Assembly (NCBI GenBank): GCA_024704765.1
Contig: JAKMXF010000055.1
Coordinates: forward strand, 380,353-444,352
DNA from: Oopsacas minuta
Lineage: Eukaryota; Animalia; Porifera
DNA length: 64,000 bases
Reading direction: 5' to 3'
A program made the position numbers and the translations under genes. A model generated the notes under the pieces. It did not search any database and had not been told where the DNA came from. It saw only the letters and a program-made list of their open reading frames with translations. This document shows positions 25,845 to 36,979 of the stretch, piece after piece. Every line of letters starts with the position of its first letter. Positions within the stretch are counted from its first letter, which is position 1.

Positions 25845-27960
25845 GATTCCAACATGTAATAACACTATCCATAATATTTCACCTATTAGCATATATTCAA
25901 GTTAATTCCAGCATGTAACATGATTTTTCATGTAATTTTTTGTCTGAACATATCCACGATGATTAAAACATGGAATAAATATTTTCATCGATTTCACCTG
26001 TTAGCATGTATTCAATGTGATTCCAACATGGAACAGTTATTTTCTTCGATTTCACCTTTGTGCACATATTCAATGTGACTTCAACATGTAGCTAGTGTTT
26101 TCATTCAATTTCACCTGGAAGCACATGTTCAAAATGATTCGAACATGCAACAACATGGTTTATTCAATTTTCACCACAGCACATACAGTCAGGGGACAAA
26201 AGTATTCGACCACACAAATATATTGCCATAAATTGTATACTCTTTCCCACTCGTATATATTGTGTAGTCTATATTCGTAGCTGCAATCTAATAATTTGCA
26301 TAGAATAACATGTATTTTTCCAGAATCTCAAAAAAATTTTTTCGATTTACACTTTGTGAAGGTGTTAATTATTAATAATCATTAGATAATCATTGATAAT
26401 CAAATATATGATAGTTAACAGCCAATTAAGGATCAATAATCTCTGACTTGATATTTGAATTCTACGTAGGCGAGTTACCCCAGATTACAAGTTTCAATGG
26501 GATTGAACAATTTCCGTCAAAGTTACAGAAGAATTTCAATTTGTGCCACTTTTTGCAAAAAAAGTGACACAGGTGGCAGGAAAAGTGTCACTACAAGTAA
26601 ATCAACTAGAGTTAGGAGGAATAAGTCTAATTAATATTTTCGATTGATATGCTATGCTAACCCAGGAATTCTAAAATAACCTCTTGGTAGCGGCCACTTG
26701 TGCCACCTTTTGCAAAAGGTGGCACAAGTGGCACAAATTGAAATTCTTCTATATCTTTGACAAAAATTGTTCAATCCCATTGAAACTTTCAATCTGGGGT
26801 AACTCGCCTACGTAGAATTCAAATATCAAGTCAGAGATGATTATTCTTTATAGGCTTTGAATTACCACATATTTTGATTATCAATGATTATTTAATAATT
26901 ATTAATAATTAGCACCTTCACAATGTGGAAAGTGAAAATATTCTTGAAATTCTTGAAAAACATATGTTATTCTATACAAATCACTAGATTGCAGCTACGA
27001 ATATTGACTATACAATATATACAAGTGGGAAAGAGTGTACAATATATGACAATATATTTGTGTGGTCGAATACTCTTGTCCCTTGACTATATTCCAGCTT
27101 GCTCAACTAGTAATAGCGTTTTCATTAAATTTCCCCTTTTGTTACATATTCAAGGTGATTACAATATCTAACAAGTTTTTCATGCAATTTCACCTGTCAG
27201 CACCAATACACGATGATTCCATCATATAACAAGTTTTTCATAAAATTACACATGTTAGCATATATTCTCCGTGATTCTAAATTTACAATTGTTTAAATGA
27301 TTTCACTTGTTACCACATATTCAAGATGATTCCAACATGTAGCAAGTGTTACCAATCAATTTCTCCAGAAAACACAAATTTATAGTGATTCTTAATGTAA
27401 CACCATTATTCATGCAATTTTACATGTCAGCACAAAGAGAGGTATATTCTAACATGAAGAAGTGTTTTCATTCAATTTCACCCCGAACCACATATTCAAA
27501 TTGATTCCAACATGTAACATATTTTTTTATCTAGTTTCAACCCAAAGGACATATTCGCTGTTATTCTAATATGCACAAGTCTTGTATACAATTTCATTAG
27601 TTGCACATTTTCAAGGTGATTCAAGCATATATCATGGTTCTTTCATACTGTCTCACATATCAGCACATATTCACAGGTATTCTATCATGCACAAGTATCT
27701 TCATTCAAATTCAGATTGAAGCACATATTCACGGTGACCATAGAACCACCAATGTATTCATTCAATTTCATATAGCAGCAGAAATATAAAGCAACTCCGA
27801 AATGTTACAAGTCGTTTTAATTCAATTATACCTGTTACGACTTAAAACGGTCATTCTAGTCTAAACAATGTATTAATTCACTTCCATATAGTAGCAGATA
27901 TGCAAGGTACTCCAACATGTAACAACTCTTTTCATTCAATTACACCTGTAACCACTTATT
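25845..27960 (+). repeat. Degenerate ~58-59-bp tandem array (~6 units + ~15 units), split by the foldback element
   Basis: Consensus approx. TTTCACCTGTTAGCACATATTCAATGTGATTCCAACATGTAACAAGTGTTTTCATTCAA. TTTCAC anchors at 25992, 26050, 26109 and 27301, 27360, 27418, 27476. Confidence 0.85.
26186..27089. mobile_element. Foldback/long-TIR Tc1-mariner-type non-autonomous element (~410-bp arms, ~85-bp spacer)
   Basis: 26186-26598 is the reverse complement of 26682-27089 (cagtcaggggacaaaagtattcgaccacacaaatat... / ...atatttgtgtggtcgaatactcttgtcccttgacta). TA on both flanks. Confidence 0.93.
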
Positions 27961-28618
27961 CACGCACAGTGGTTCAAAATGAGAAAATTGGTGGATTAGG
28001 TATTTAGGTGTACAGTATGGCATCATCTAGAATTAGTCAAATTTTTTGTGATCTCATAACTACCTGTAAATGTTGTAATATTGTTCAAGAGTCTGTCGAG
28101 AATATACCTATATTGTGTTGCTGTGGTTCAGCTTCTATTTGTGAATTTAAATTTTCATTATCTAATGATGTAATTTTATAAGGTTTCAAAACATTTTCCG
28201 AGCTATAATTACGTTATCATGAATTCTAGCAGTAGATGCAATCAAATGCCTATTTGCAAGTAATTCAATTCGTCATTCATTTATAAGTATTCCCTATCAT
28301 AACTTTGAACATTAATATCTCCCAAACTTAACAGAAATTTTGAGAGAACTCTTTTCGAAACCCCGTAAATTACCAAATTTTGGGATGTATTCCAACGTAC
28401 TCAGAGGTAGATTTTTAAATGGGTACAATGTGGTGCCTCTATATTTTTAACAAAGTTAAAGTACTGTATTCTCCTTAATTTTATACAATTATTAGCGCCC
28501 CATCCTCCACCCATTTTGAAATTCAATCCAAATTTCCCTGGGACCGGCTCAATTTCAAACTTGTGTTATTTATCCCATTATTGATACTTAGTAAACATTG
28601 CTTCCTTCCACCAATTCA

Positions 28619-30133
28619 ATGGATAAAACATTTATTTCACAAAAAGAAGTATAAGATATGTATAAATCACATGGTTGGAATTGTGCTGGTGCAGCCCGTC
28701 AGATAATTGAAGTTCATTCCTTGTCAGATGATCTGTTTGAAACCATTTGTTGGAAATTAAGAAATCTTTGAAAATCCAGAGATCATTACTAGAAGATTTA
28801 CAACTTAGATGTTTGGGAGGGTATGCAATTTATTCAGTCACTACTTTTAACTCTGGATCACAAATGTCGATTGGCACATTAGATTCTATCCCTGAGCAGC
28901 ACTGATTCATTGAAGAGAATCTAACAGAGATCAGAAAACCATTATTCAAGCTCACAATGAAAGCTGCTTGAAACAGTTTGAACGTTTTGCTAAAGCATAT
29001 TCAGTTCTTTGCCAAAGCGAGCAGGTTGATGAGAAGGAAGTTGCTGCTTTAGCTCTGGAATAATTCTAATCATGAATATGATCTAGAAACTTCTAGTATA
29101 TGCAAAGAAATAATCACAACAGGCATGTACGGAAATGTAAAGAAAGTTTCGATACCTATGTCAAGTTATATAATAGATCTTCTCGAAATTGGATTCAAAT
29201 ACACACAGTTGAAGAAATTACTGAAGTAAGATATCATATTCCCATCGTATAAAACTATTTCCCAATACCGTCCAGAAATTTCTCTTTCACGGAGCGTTTT
29301 ATTTGTCACTAATCCTGAAGGTCACTCAATTGGTGTATCAGTTCCTTATTTCGAAATACTTGAACTAACAATTCAATGACATCTTTTAAGCTTCGATTCC
29401 ATTGTAAACAATGCACAATATCCTTTGTCAGTTCGAATTGCAGACGGTCTAGATGGATCAGGCTCACACAATTCCTACAACCAAGTGAACTCAAATCTAG
29501 GTTTAGATACACACAGTATTATTCTATTCGGATTTAAAGTCCTCAGTATAACAGGTAACACAGGTTTCCCATTATACGCCGATACTTTCCCAAATTCACC
29601 TTTTTCATTCACAGCAGTCTGCTTAATTACGTTGAAGGAAATCACGAAAACGTTAAATTTATTATGGATACACTCATAAACCCCGCAACTACATTAATGG
29701 TAGACGAGGAATTACAGTTGACAATGGTCACATAGAAGTAGAAATTATTCGATCTATATTTGATACCAAAATGGCAGGTCTATTAAATGGAGCGGGTGGT
29801 GCATCATCTCATCTTTACACGGCCACAGGAAAGGAAATCAATAGTTTGGGGTGGGCCAGATCAGGTTTTCCAATTAATAGGTACATTATTGATGCTAACC
29901 AACTATTTGACGATATAATGAGGAAGAAATATCTGCCCTACCTTCCAAAAATGCTGTGGCATTACCCACCACCCTACTTCCGAAATAAACATCCTAGCAG
30001 CTTCTCCATTGCATGCGTATCTCTGTGTCTTTAGGTGATATATGTTACTCATATATCACTTAGACGCAGGTTGTAAATGTGGTCATCTACATGCACAAAA
30101 GTACAGGATTCTTTGAAACGAATAAGATCAAAA
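28619..30133 (+). pseudogene. RAG1-like/Transib transposase, N-terminal part (NBD-like region, first two catalytic Asp)
   Basis: RKPLFKLTMKAA..L..LKHIQ.FAK.EQVDEKEVAALAL (cf. RAG1 NBD RQHLLSLTRRAQKHRL...QVKAFADKE). VRIADGLDGSGSH (D at 29452), PNSPFSFTAVCLITLKENHENV (cf. RAG1 [23 protein letters not shown]), RSIFDTKMAGLLNGAGGAS (D at 29762), SPLHAYL. Multiple stops and frameshifts. Confidence 0.85.
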
Positions 30134-32755
30134 CACTACGTAACAAATTTTTATGAAATCTTTGTTTGGCTTGATATTTTGATTGTTTATGGATAATTTT
30201 GAGGCGCTGATTCCGAAAATGCAATTAGTTTTTTCTATCACGGATCGTTAACTTTCTGGAAGCCTATTTATAGAGCAGGTTACAAGCTTAGCCAACCCAG
30301 CAAAGACGTACATCACAATCAAAATCTTTTGTGCTATAACAATAAAGATAACAAACATTTTGCACTCCCTTCACTGTCTCTTGTCTTTTTAAGCTCTGGG
30401 AGACACTTAAAGTGTCTGCGAATGCACAGCTTAAAGAGCATCAGAATTCCAGGCTGGGGTAGGATTGCAAAACCTAAAAATTTCGTTCTTGTGTATAGTT
30501 TATTTGCTATCCAGTACTTTCACTTGGAAAGTATTTTCTTATATTAATACTATAAGCTACCAGCAGCTAGTATATGCATAAGTATAACTGCCTTTAGCAG
30601 AGAGGCAGAAATAACTTGCTGGTTGTTCTTACGTTAAGTTTGTGTTTTTCAAATTTAGAAATTGCAATGGCTAGTAGACAATGCAAGAATTCACCTGACT
30701 CATTTTGGCATGTTTGTGGATATTATGTTGGTGACAAATATGTTTCAATTAAAATATCAAAAGAAGCTAAGTATTGGGAAGCGTATAGACTGTATTTTGG
30801 GATGTCCATTGGGGACAGGAAAAGGCATGGGCCCCACATGTGATTTGTGGCAGCTGTCGATCTAATCTTGAAGCTTGGTTGAGGGGTTCCGCTAGAGTTG
30901 TGCCATTTGCTATTCCAAGAGTTTGGAGAGAGCCACAAAACCATCATGATGATTGTTACTTTTGTATGGTAAATATTGCTAAGTACCGCAAGGTTAAGGG
31001 AAGAAGAGCATTGACTTATCCAAGTATACCTTCATCCATTGCACCTGTTCCTCATAGTGAAACTTTACCAGTTCCAAAACCACCTGCAAATGTAAGTAGT
31101 TTTATGTTTTATAATATAAGGCTACGCTAGCTTATATGCTGTAAGGGTGACCCACAATCTGCATCTTATGTTTTATTCTTGTCATTTAGTTGGAGTTTAA
31201 TACTGAATGTGAAGACTCGATATCAAGTGAACTTCGGATGCTGAGGAGGAGTATCTCCAATCAACAAGTACGAATCGTTATTATCCTTCTAAGAGAGAAT
31301 TAGATGACTTAATACGAGATCTGCAACTAACAAAATCTGCAGCAGAGCTATTGTCGTCAGGATTAAGCGAGTAGAATTTGCTGCCTGATGATTGCAAAAT
31401 AACTGCTTACAGGAAGAGGCACTTGGACAATTCTGTTTACTTTGATGTAATACAGGATCTGTGCTATTGCAAAGATGTGAATGGTTTGTTTGATGCTGTT
31501 GGAATTGAACATGACCCTTCTCAGTGGCGACTTTTTATTGACAGTTCCACCAAAAGTCTTAAAGGAGTTTTACTTCATAATGGGAACAAATATCAGTCAA
31601 TTCCATTTGTTTATTCATACAAATGAAAGAAGACTATGAAATGTCAAGCAACTACTACTTAGAATAAAATATGCTGAATTTAACTGGCAGCTCTGTGGTG
31701 ATTTTAAGATGTTGGGGTTTTGTTGGGACTGCAGGTGGTTACACCAAATACTCATGTTTTCTTTGTTTGTGGAACAGCAGAGCTGATGGAGAGCACTACA
31801 AGAAGATTCAATGGCCGCCAAGAAAAGAATTAATGCCAGGAAAGTACAATGTCATCAAAGAGCCACTTGTATGCCGGGAAAAAGTTTCACTACCACCTCT
31901 TCATATACGTAAAACTAGGTTTAATAAAGCAATCTGTTAAAGCTTTGGATTTTGAAGGAGAAGCTTATCAAGAAATCAGTGCAATGTTTCCAAAATTATC
32001 AGATGCTAAACTAAAAGGAGGAATATTTGTTAGCCCCCAAATAACCACCATGTTAAAGTCAAGAACCCTGGAGGACAAAATGACCGAAACAGAAATAAAA
32101 GCATGGCAGGCATTTCGAGATGTAGTTAATGGCCTTTTAGGAAATAACAAAGACCCTAATTGTGGAGAGATAGTGAATACTCTGATCACAAGCTACCAAA
32201 AGATGGGATGTCGCATGTCGTTGGAACTTCATTTTCTATGCTCTCATATTTACTTATTTCAAGAAAGTTTGAAGGATTTCAGCGAGGAACATGGTGAGAG
32301 ATTTCACCAAGATATTCAGCTAATGGAAAGACGATATCAAGGCCACTGGGACAGTACAATGATGGGCGATTACATGTGGTTTTTGATAAGGGAAGACATT
32401 TCTGGTCACAAAAGAAAAGCTCGTTTAACAGTTCATTTTTGAAGTATTTTGACTCTCTAACATGAGTGCGTTTTGTTTTGTTTAGGACTTGTAATCAGCA
32501 ATGTACTGTTTGGTAGTGATTTTCATGTTCAAATTAACTTATCAACACATCACTACGTGTTTAAATCTATTACAAGAGCTACAGGTAAATTAGCATATAA
32601 TGAACAACACAACTTGCTCGGAAAAAGCAAAAGTGTAAATACGTCAAAAGGCATTGATGATATGGAAAAACAAACACGATTTTCGAATTCAGCGACCCAA
32701 AAACACTAAGGGGACATCAAAAATTGAAGCCAAACAAAAATTGTGCTACGTAGTG
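30134..32755 (+). mobile_element. Chapaev3-like transposon inserted into the RAG1-like transposase
   Basis: Termini CACTACGTAACAAATTTTT / AAAAATTGTGCTACGTAGTG. Flanks aaa / tta, so no perfect TSD. The host frame reads ...KRIRSK|L*E..SIKIDIP across it. Confidence 0.88.
30667..32442 (+). pseudogene. Chapaev3-like transposase with a probable ~97-bp intron (31092-31188) and many lesions
   Basis: MASRQCKNSPDSF(C)HVCG, VPFAIPRVWREPQNHHDDCYFC, WRLFIDSSTKSLKGVLLHNGN, GCRMSLELHFLCSH, SEEHGERFHQDI. Donor AAT|gtaagt and acceptor tcatttag|. Confidence 0.85.
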
Positions 32756-33350
32756 TTATAGAAGGTAAATGTAGTATCAAAATCGATATTCCTTCTAGTC
32801 AAGGGGGACTTCAACAACTGGTAATGCTGGACGAGACTGTCTCCGAGATAAAAGAGATTTCTTTCGATGGGTTACCTCCACTATTAACCTAGTTCATAAA
32901 CCAACCCTTAAAACCATTCAAAACAACCTCTCGGTGATTTTGAGGATAGTTAACAGCAAAGACCACATCAATTGTTATGGCCTTGAAATCTTTGCAAGGA
33001 AGCGTATGAAATTGTTTTATATCAATTTCCTTGGGTAAGCATCTCTCCCTATCTCCATAAACTGCTTACTCATTGATTTCTAATAATTTATCGCTATAAT
33101 CATAGTTATGGACTACAAAACCTTTCTGAAGAATGTTTCTAGGCTTGCAGTAAGTATGTCACAAGGTATAGAGAAATTATAGCAAGAAAAATGAGCTTTT
33201 CTGACAACTTTCGTGACATTTTAGTCAGACTTTTGTGCTTCAGTGACCCTGTATTGGTTGTACATCATCACAAAAGTATTAGAAAGGCTATATCAAACGA
33301 AGATAGAAAGTTTGAAACATCTAAACAGGAGACCCGTTATGAATCCCTGA
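32756..33350 (+). pseudogene. RAG1-like/Transib transposase, C-terminal part
   Basis: IDIPSSQGG-TSTTGNAGR, FPWVSISPYLHKLLTH (cf. RAG1 ITNYFHKTLAH), GLQNLSEECF*ACSKY..RYRE..ARKMS..N..DILVRLL..SDP. The catalytic Glu position is TAG (33140-42). Confidence 0.85.
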
Positions 33351-33822
33351 TTATCTATTAAAATTTTGAAACAGTGATTTTAGTGATGACGTCATCCTCA
33401 CTTATTTTGAGTGAGATAATTAAAAATTTGATTTGTCTAGTCAAATGTCCCGAGTCGTTTTCATATATAAGTGTAATACAAATATTATCGATTTGAAGCT
33501 ACAATTTGGCTAATCCCTCATTTTCGCCTTTTTTCACATTGTAGCATGTGTGATAGCCCTGCATAATTTGCCTTTACTTATGGCTTGTCAACCTAAACTA
33601 GTTGATTAATCCTTTGTGATTTTATATATGGTTTCGACTTTCTCTGGATTCACGTCATATCACCTTCATGCCATATATGGTTGATTATATTTTTCGTAAT
33701 ACATTTATGCGATCTCTATTGAATTATGTTTATTATTTTACTTTATGACCTTTATATAGCCACATATATTCTTTTTACTAATTGATAGATTATATTAAGA
33801 GATTGAGTGAAGTATTAGCGTC

Positions 33823-34140
33823 TCACCTATATCTTTTTTCAGATTTTTGATTTGTTTCACTTCGAGCATATGATAGTTTGGGATATTGAGCAAGGATAGG
33901 ATCATTCTGACTCAGGAGTCTAACCAAGATGTCACTTACATTGTCTTTAAAAGAAATTTTATGGGCAATTTCTCCCTTTATCTTCTTAGATATTTGTTTA
34001 CGGATTCTAGGCATTTTTCAGATAAACTTTTCCACCTGAAACCGTCATTGAAATCACTGATCAATTCTGAAGAATGTGCAAGTACTTTATGGAAAGACGG
34101 GGTTATGTTCGCCCAAGGAAATTTTCAAAGTAGTTCCTCG
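33823..34140 (-). pseudogene. Second, divergent RAG1-like/Transib C-terminal fragment
   Basis: KFPWANITPSFHKVLAHSSELISDFNDGFRWKSLSEKCLESVNKYLRR*REK..HKISFKDNVSDILVRLLSQNDP. The catalytic Glu is retained. Confidence 0.8.
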
Positions 34141-34149
34141 TAAGTATCT

Positions 34150-35825
34150 TTGAAAATGGAGCAGAGCTTATCAATGTCTATCCTCTTATGAGAAATATAG
34201 ACCCCCATTATTACTGAGAGGTTTGTGTGAATAGTGCTAAGCAGTGGCATAGCTAGAAATATCTCATGGGAGGACCATACTTGGCTTTGCGTTCTTAAAA
34301 AATGCACTAGCCTAACCATCTAGAAGCCGTTTAATTGTGTAATTTTATTTTCAATTGTAAGTATGACTTCTTTGATATGTGTATTATGTCTACCACTTAT
34401 ATCCTAAAAACTATGAACAAAAGGCAGATAAACTATATTATTAGAGAATAAGAATTTGACTATTACAGACTTGTATATATTTTAGAGCCATAACACTCAT
34501 AGTTTTTGAGTTATAGCTTAAAAGAAATGAAAACAGTTTCCTTGGCAACGCAGGAATTTGTTGACATTCCATTCTTATCAACTATTGTTTCGGATACAAA
34601 ATTCGCCTCAGTCATTATACAACCTGTCAAGCACTAAAAACACTGAGTACATCGTTTCAGAATAGTTTGAAGAGCTGTATTTTTCGTTCTAAGGGGTAGC
34701 TCTTGCGAAACCACATGATGAGAAATGATATTTCACAATAGAAATACACACTTCGCTCATCATATCCCTGTCCCCTGCACTGGTATAGAGACAGTCCAAG
34801 AGCATTTTGTGAATCACGTAACTGTTTATACATGTTTTCTCCAGTGGTACTTGGAGTCTCTATGAATCCTAGGAAGTTTTCTGACATGGCTAATCATCCT
34901 TCATACGTCACGAACTCAAACTCATCTGTTTTACATTAGAAATATCTGTAGTATCGTCTCCAATAACTGCAAAGAGCCCTCCTGGAAGACATTTAATGGA
35001 GTCTAGCAGGACAGCCATCACCGCCCTGTATAGTACCTTCAGTATTCAATTATGAGACTCCGGGCTTTTCTAGTCATACTTTTTCTCTAACCAAGGCTGC
35101 ATACAGTGACTGCCAATACAGGTAATTAGTCGTATGATTTGATAGAAGCTAGAATCTACCTCGGTATGTCCCCTGAATGCTATTGCTTGTCTGGCCATGG
35201 TCTTAGAAGTATCGAAAATGACTTTCATTGCTTCCCAGCTACAACCACCTGTACTGCTTCTTCGAAAATAGTACTGCATCAATCCTCTACCTTTGTCCAA
35301 TGAATATAGCATGCGCACTGACTGTCTCCTTATGCATATCACTGGCTTCGTGTGTGACTAGCTTTCCTAGGAACTTTTTCCAGTATGAAAACCCTCCGAT
35401 GTAAAGGTAGTTTTGGCGAACTTGGAGGCGCCCTCATTCCTGAATCACTGAACCACTTGCAGTGCCTACAAAACACATGATCTTACTCTTTAATGTATAC
35501 GAGCTAGGTATATTTCTCCTCCCAGTGATTCTGATGCGAGTAGTTCTTTTCGGTATTGTAGGAAGGGAAATGTAGAGCGTGGTATCAGATGGACTGTCAG
35601 CCATAGGTTCTTCTGTACTTCTCTTTCGGCTCTCTTCGGACAAATTTATCCATGATTCTAATCAATACAAAGTCAAATATGAGATTAGCTTATATTCAAT
35701 TGAAAATATGATGCGGCTACCGTTAATTTACTTGGTGGATCCAGCCTCTTGTTCTGGAAGGCTAGATCGAGCTCTAGTAAAGTGGGGGAGCCACCCCCTT
35801 ACTTTGGCTAATTCTACGCTTATGT
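34150..35825 (-). pseudogene. Decayed hAT transposase (ZMYM1/DUF4371-like); boundaries approximate
   Basis: FTSEGFSYWKKFLGKLVTHEASDMH, MARQAIAFRGHTE, ENFLGFIETPSTTGE...GLSLYQCRGQGYD, RIDIDKLCSIF. Confidence 0.8.
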
Positions 35826-36122
35826 ACACAATGCATAGTCAATCGGAAACTGATCAAAACTAAATGCGTATTACGCAGTTATGAGAAATAGTTTCAAGAT
35901 TCCATTCTACGTGACATTAGAAAGTTAAGTAAAGTGGTAGGAACTTTTGCTTGTCGTCCAGGACCTAAGTGATATTTTACAGAGTCCATAGACCCTCATC
36001 TAGAAATTGTTACCCACTAGATTGGATTTGTGTCACCCCCAGATTTCAAAACCACACGACACCACTACCCAACTGGATAGTTATAGCCTAAGTTGGTGAA
36101 TATGATTTTCAATGAAGACATA

Positions 36123-36162
36123 TAACGTATAATACTTATTTTATAATAAGTATTATACGTTA
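36123..36162. other. Perfect 18-bp inverted repeat with a 4-nt loop (hairpin/cruciform)
   Basis: TAACGTATAATACTTATT-TTAT-AATAAGTATTATACGTTA. Confidence 0.9.
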
Positions 36163-36659
36163 AATATACAATTTTTGGTGATGTATTTTTATTCCCCTGA
36201 TTTCTGCAATAAATATTTTGCATCAAAACAGTAGTTCTCGAGGTGTTAATGAGAAATTTCGGCATGCTAAACAAATATATAATACTTGATAATTACTGTC
36301 TATCACTGAATACGTGCCGGGATCTACAAAATATCTCCAAAACCCGTTAATATTATTTGTACAGAAACCCTGTTGTCCACCTTCAGCTGCACAAGGCTGA
36401 GGTGATTTAATTGGGCTGTGATGTGTGGGAAGGTGTTGTAGTCTGAGTAAAAAGCATGTGAAGAATTTTGGCATTATACTTCTGATAATAGAATAAAATT
36501 AGATCTCAAATCCCAGGTCTATTTTTCAGTGTGATTAACCAATACCTACTCAAATATTAAGCTATACTGGGTGGCCTTTAAACCCTGACCTATTATATAT
36601 TTCATTGTCCACAATGCTAGACTATTCTTACATAGATTTACTAATCGATATTTCAAAAG

Positions 36660-36975
36660 ACATAATGGAACTCCTTATATTTGATTTAATTATCCATTGT
36701 AGTCACAGTTCTTTGCGATTACTGGTCGTAGACGCCATGACACTGCCACTACTAGGGCACACAGTATTTGATCTGGTATTCTAGCCCACTCGTGAAGTAG
36801 ATCCTTTTTTAAAGACGCAATATTCGTAGCTTTTGCGCATACATTTTTCTCAAATAACGCACAAATAGAGAACCCATGGGTTATAGATACGGATTAGACG
36901 GTGGCCAGGCTACTTTAGTAATAAAATCGGGAATATTTTCTGAAATCCAGGTGTAAGTGATAAGAGCTCACAACG
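36660..36975 (-). pseudogene. Tc1/mariner maT-like transposase C-terminal fragment
   Basis: TWISENIPDFITKVAWPPSNPYL*PM...VCAKATNIASLKKDLLHEWARIPDQ.L...V...RLRPVI resembles the maT/Bmmar1-type C-terminus (WPPSSPDLNPLD). Confidence 0.7.
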
Positions 36976-36979
36976 ATAA

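Larger units (their letters stand above)
27965..33543 (+). mobile_element. Transib/RAG1-like transposon (~2.96 kb net of the nested Chapaev3)
   Basis: Left end CACAGTGGTTCAAAATGAGAAAATTGGTGGATTAG. Right end CTAATCCCTCATTTTCGCCTTTTTTCACATTGTA (about 24/35 inverted match). 5-bp flanks tcacg / gcatg (3/5). Encloses a RAG1-core-like pseudogene. Confidence 0.8.

Noticed and set aside
27965-28005. Complete 12/23 RSS at the left terminus
   Set aside because: The heptamer is perfect, but no ACAAAAACC-like nonamer follows at 12 or 23 bp.
33350-36600. RAG2-like gene tail-to-tail with the RAG1-like ORF (ProtoRAG layout)
   Set aside because: The opposite-strand coding remnants are another RAG1-like fragment and a hAT; no kelch or PHD motifs were seen.
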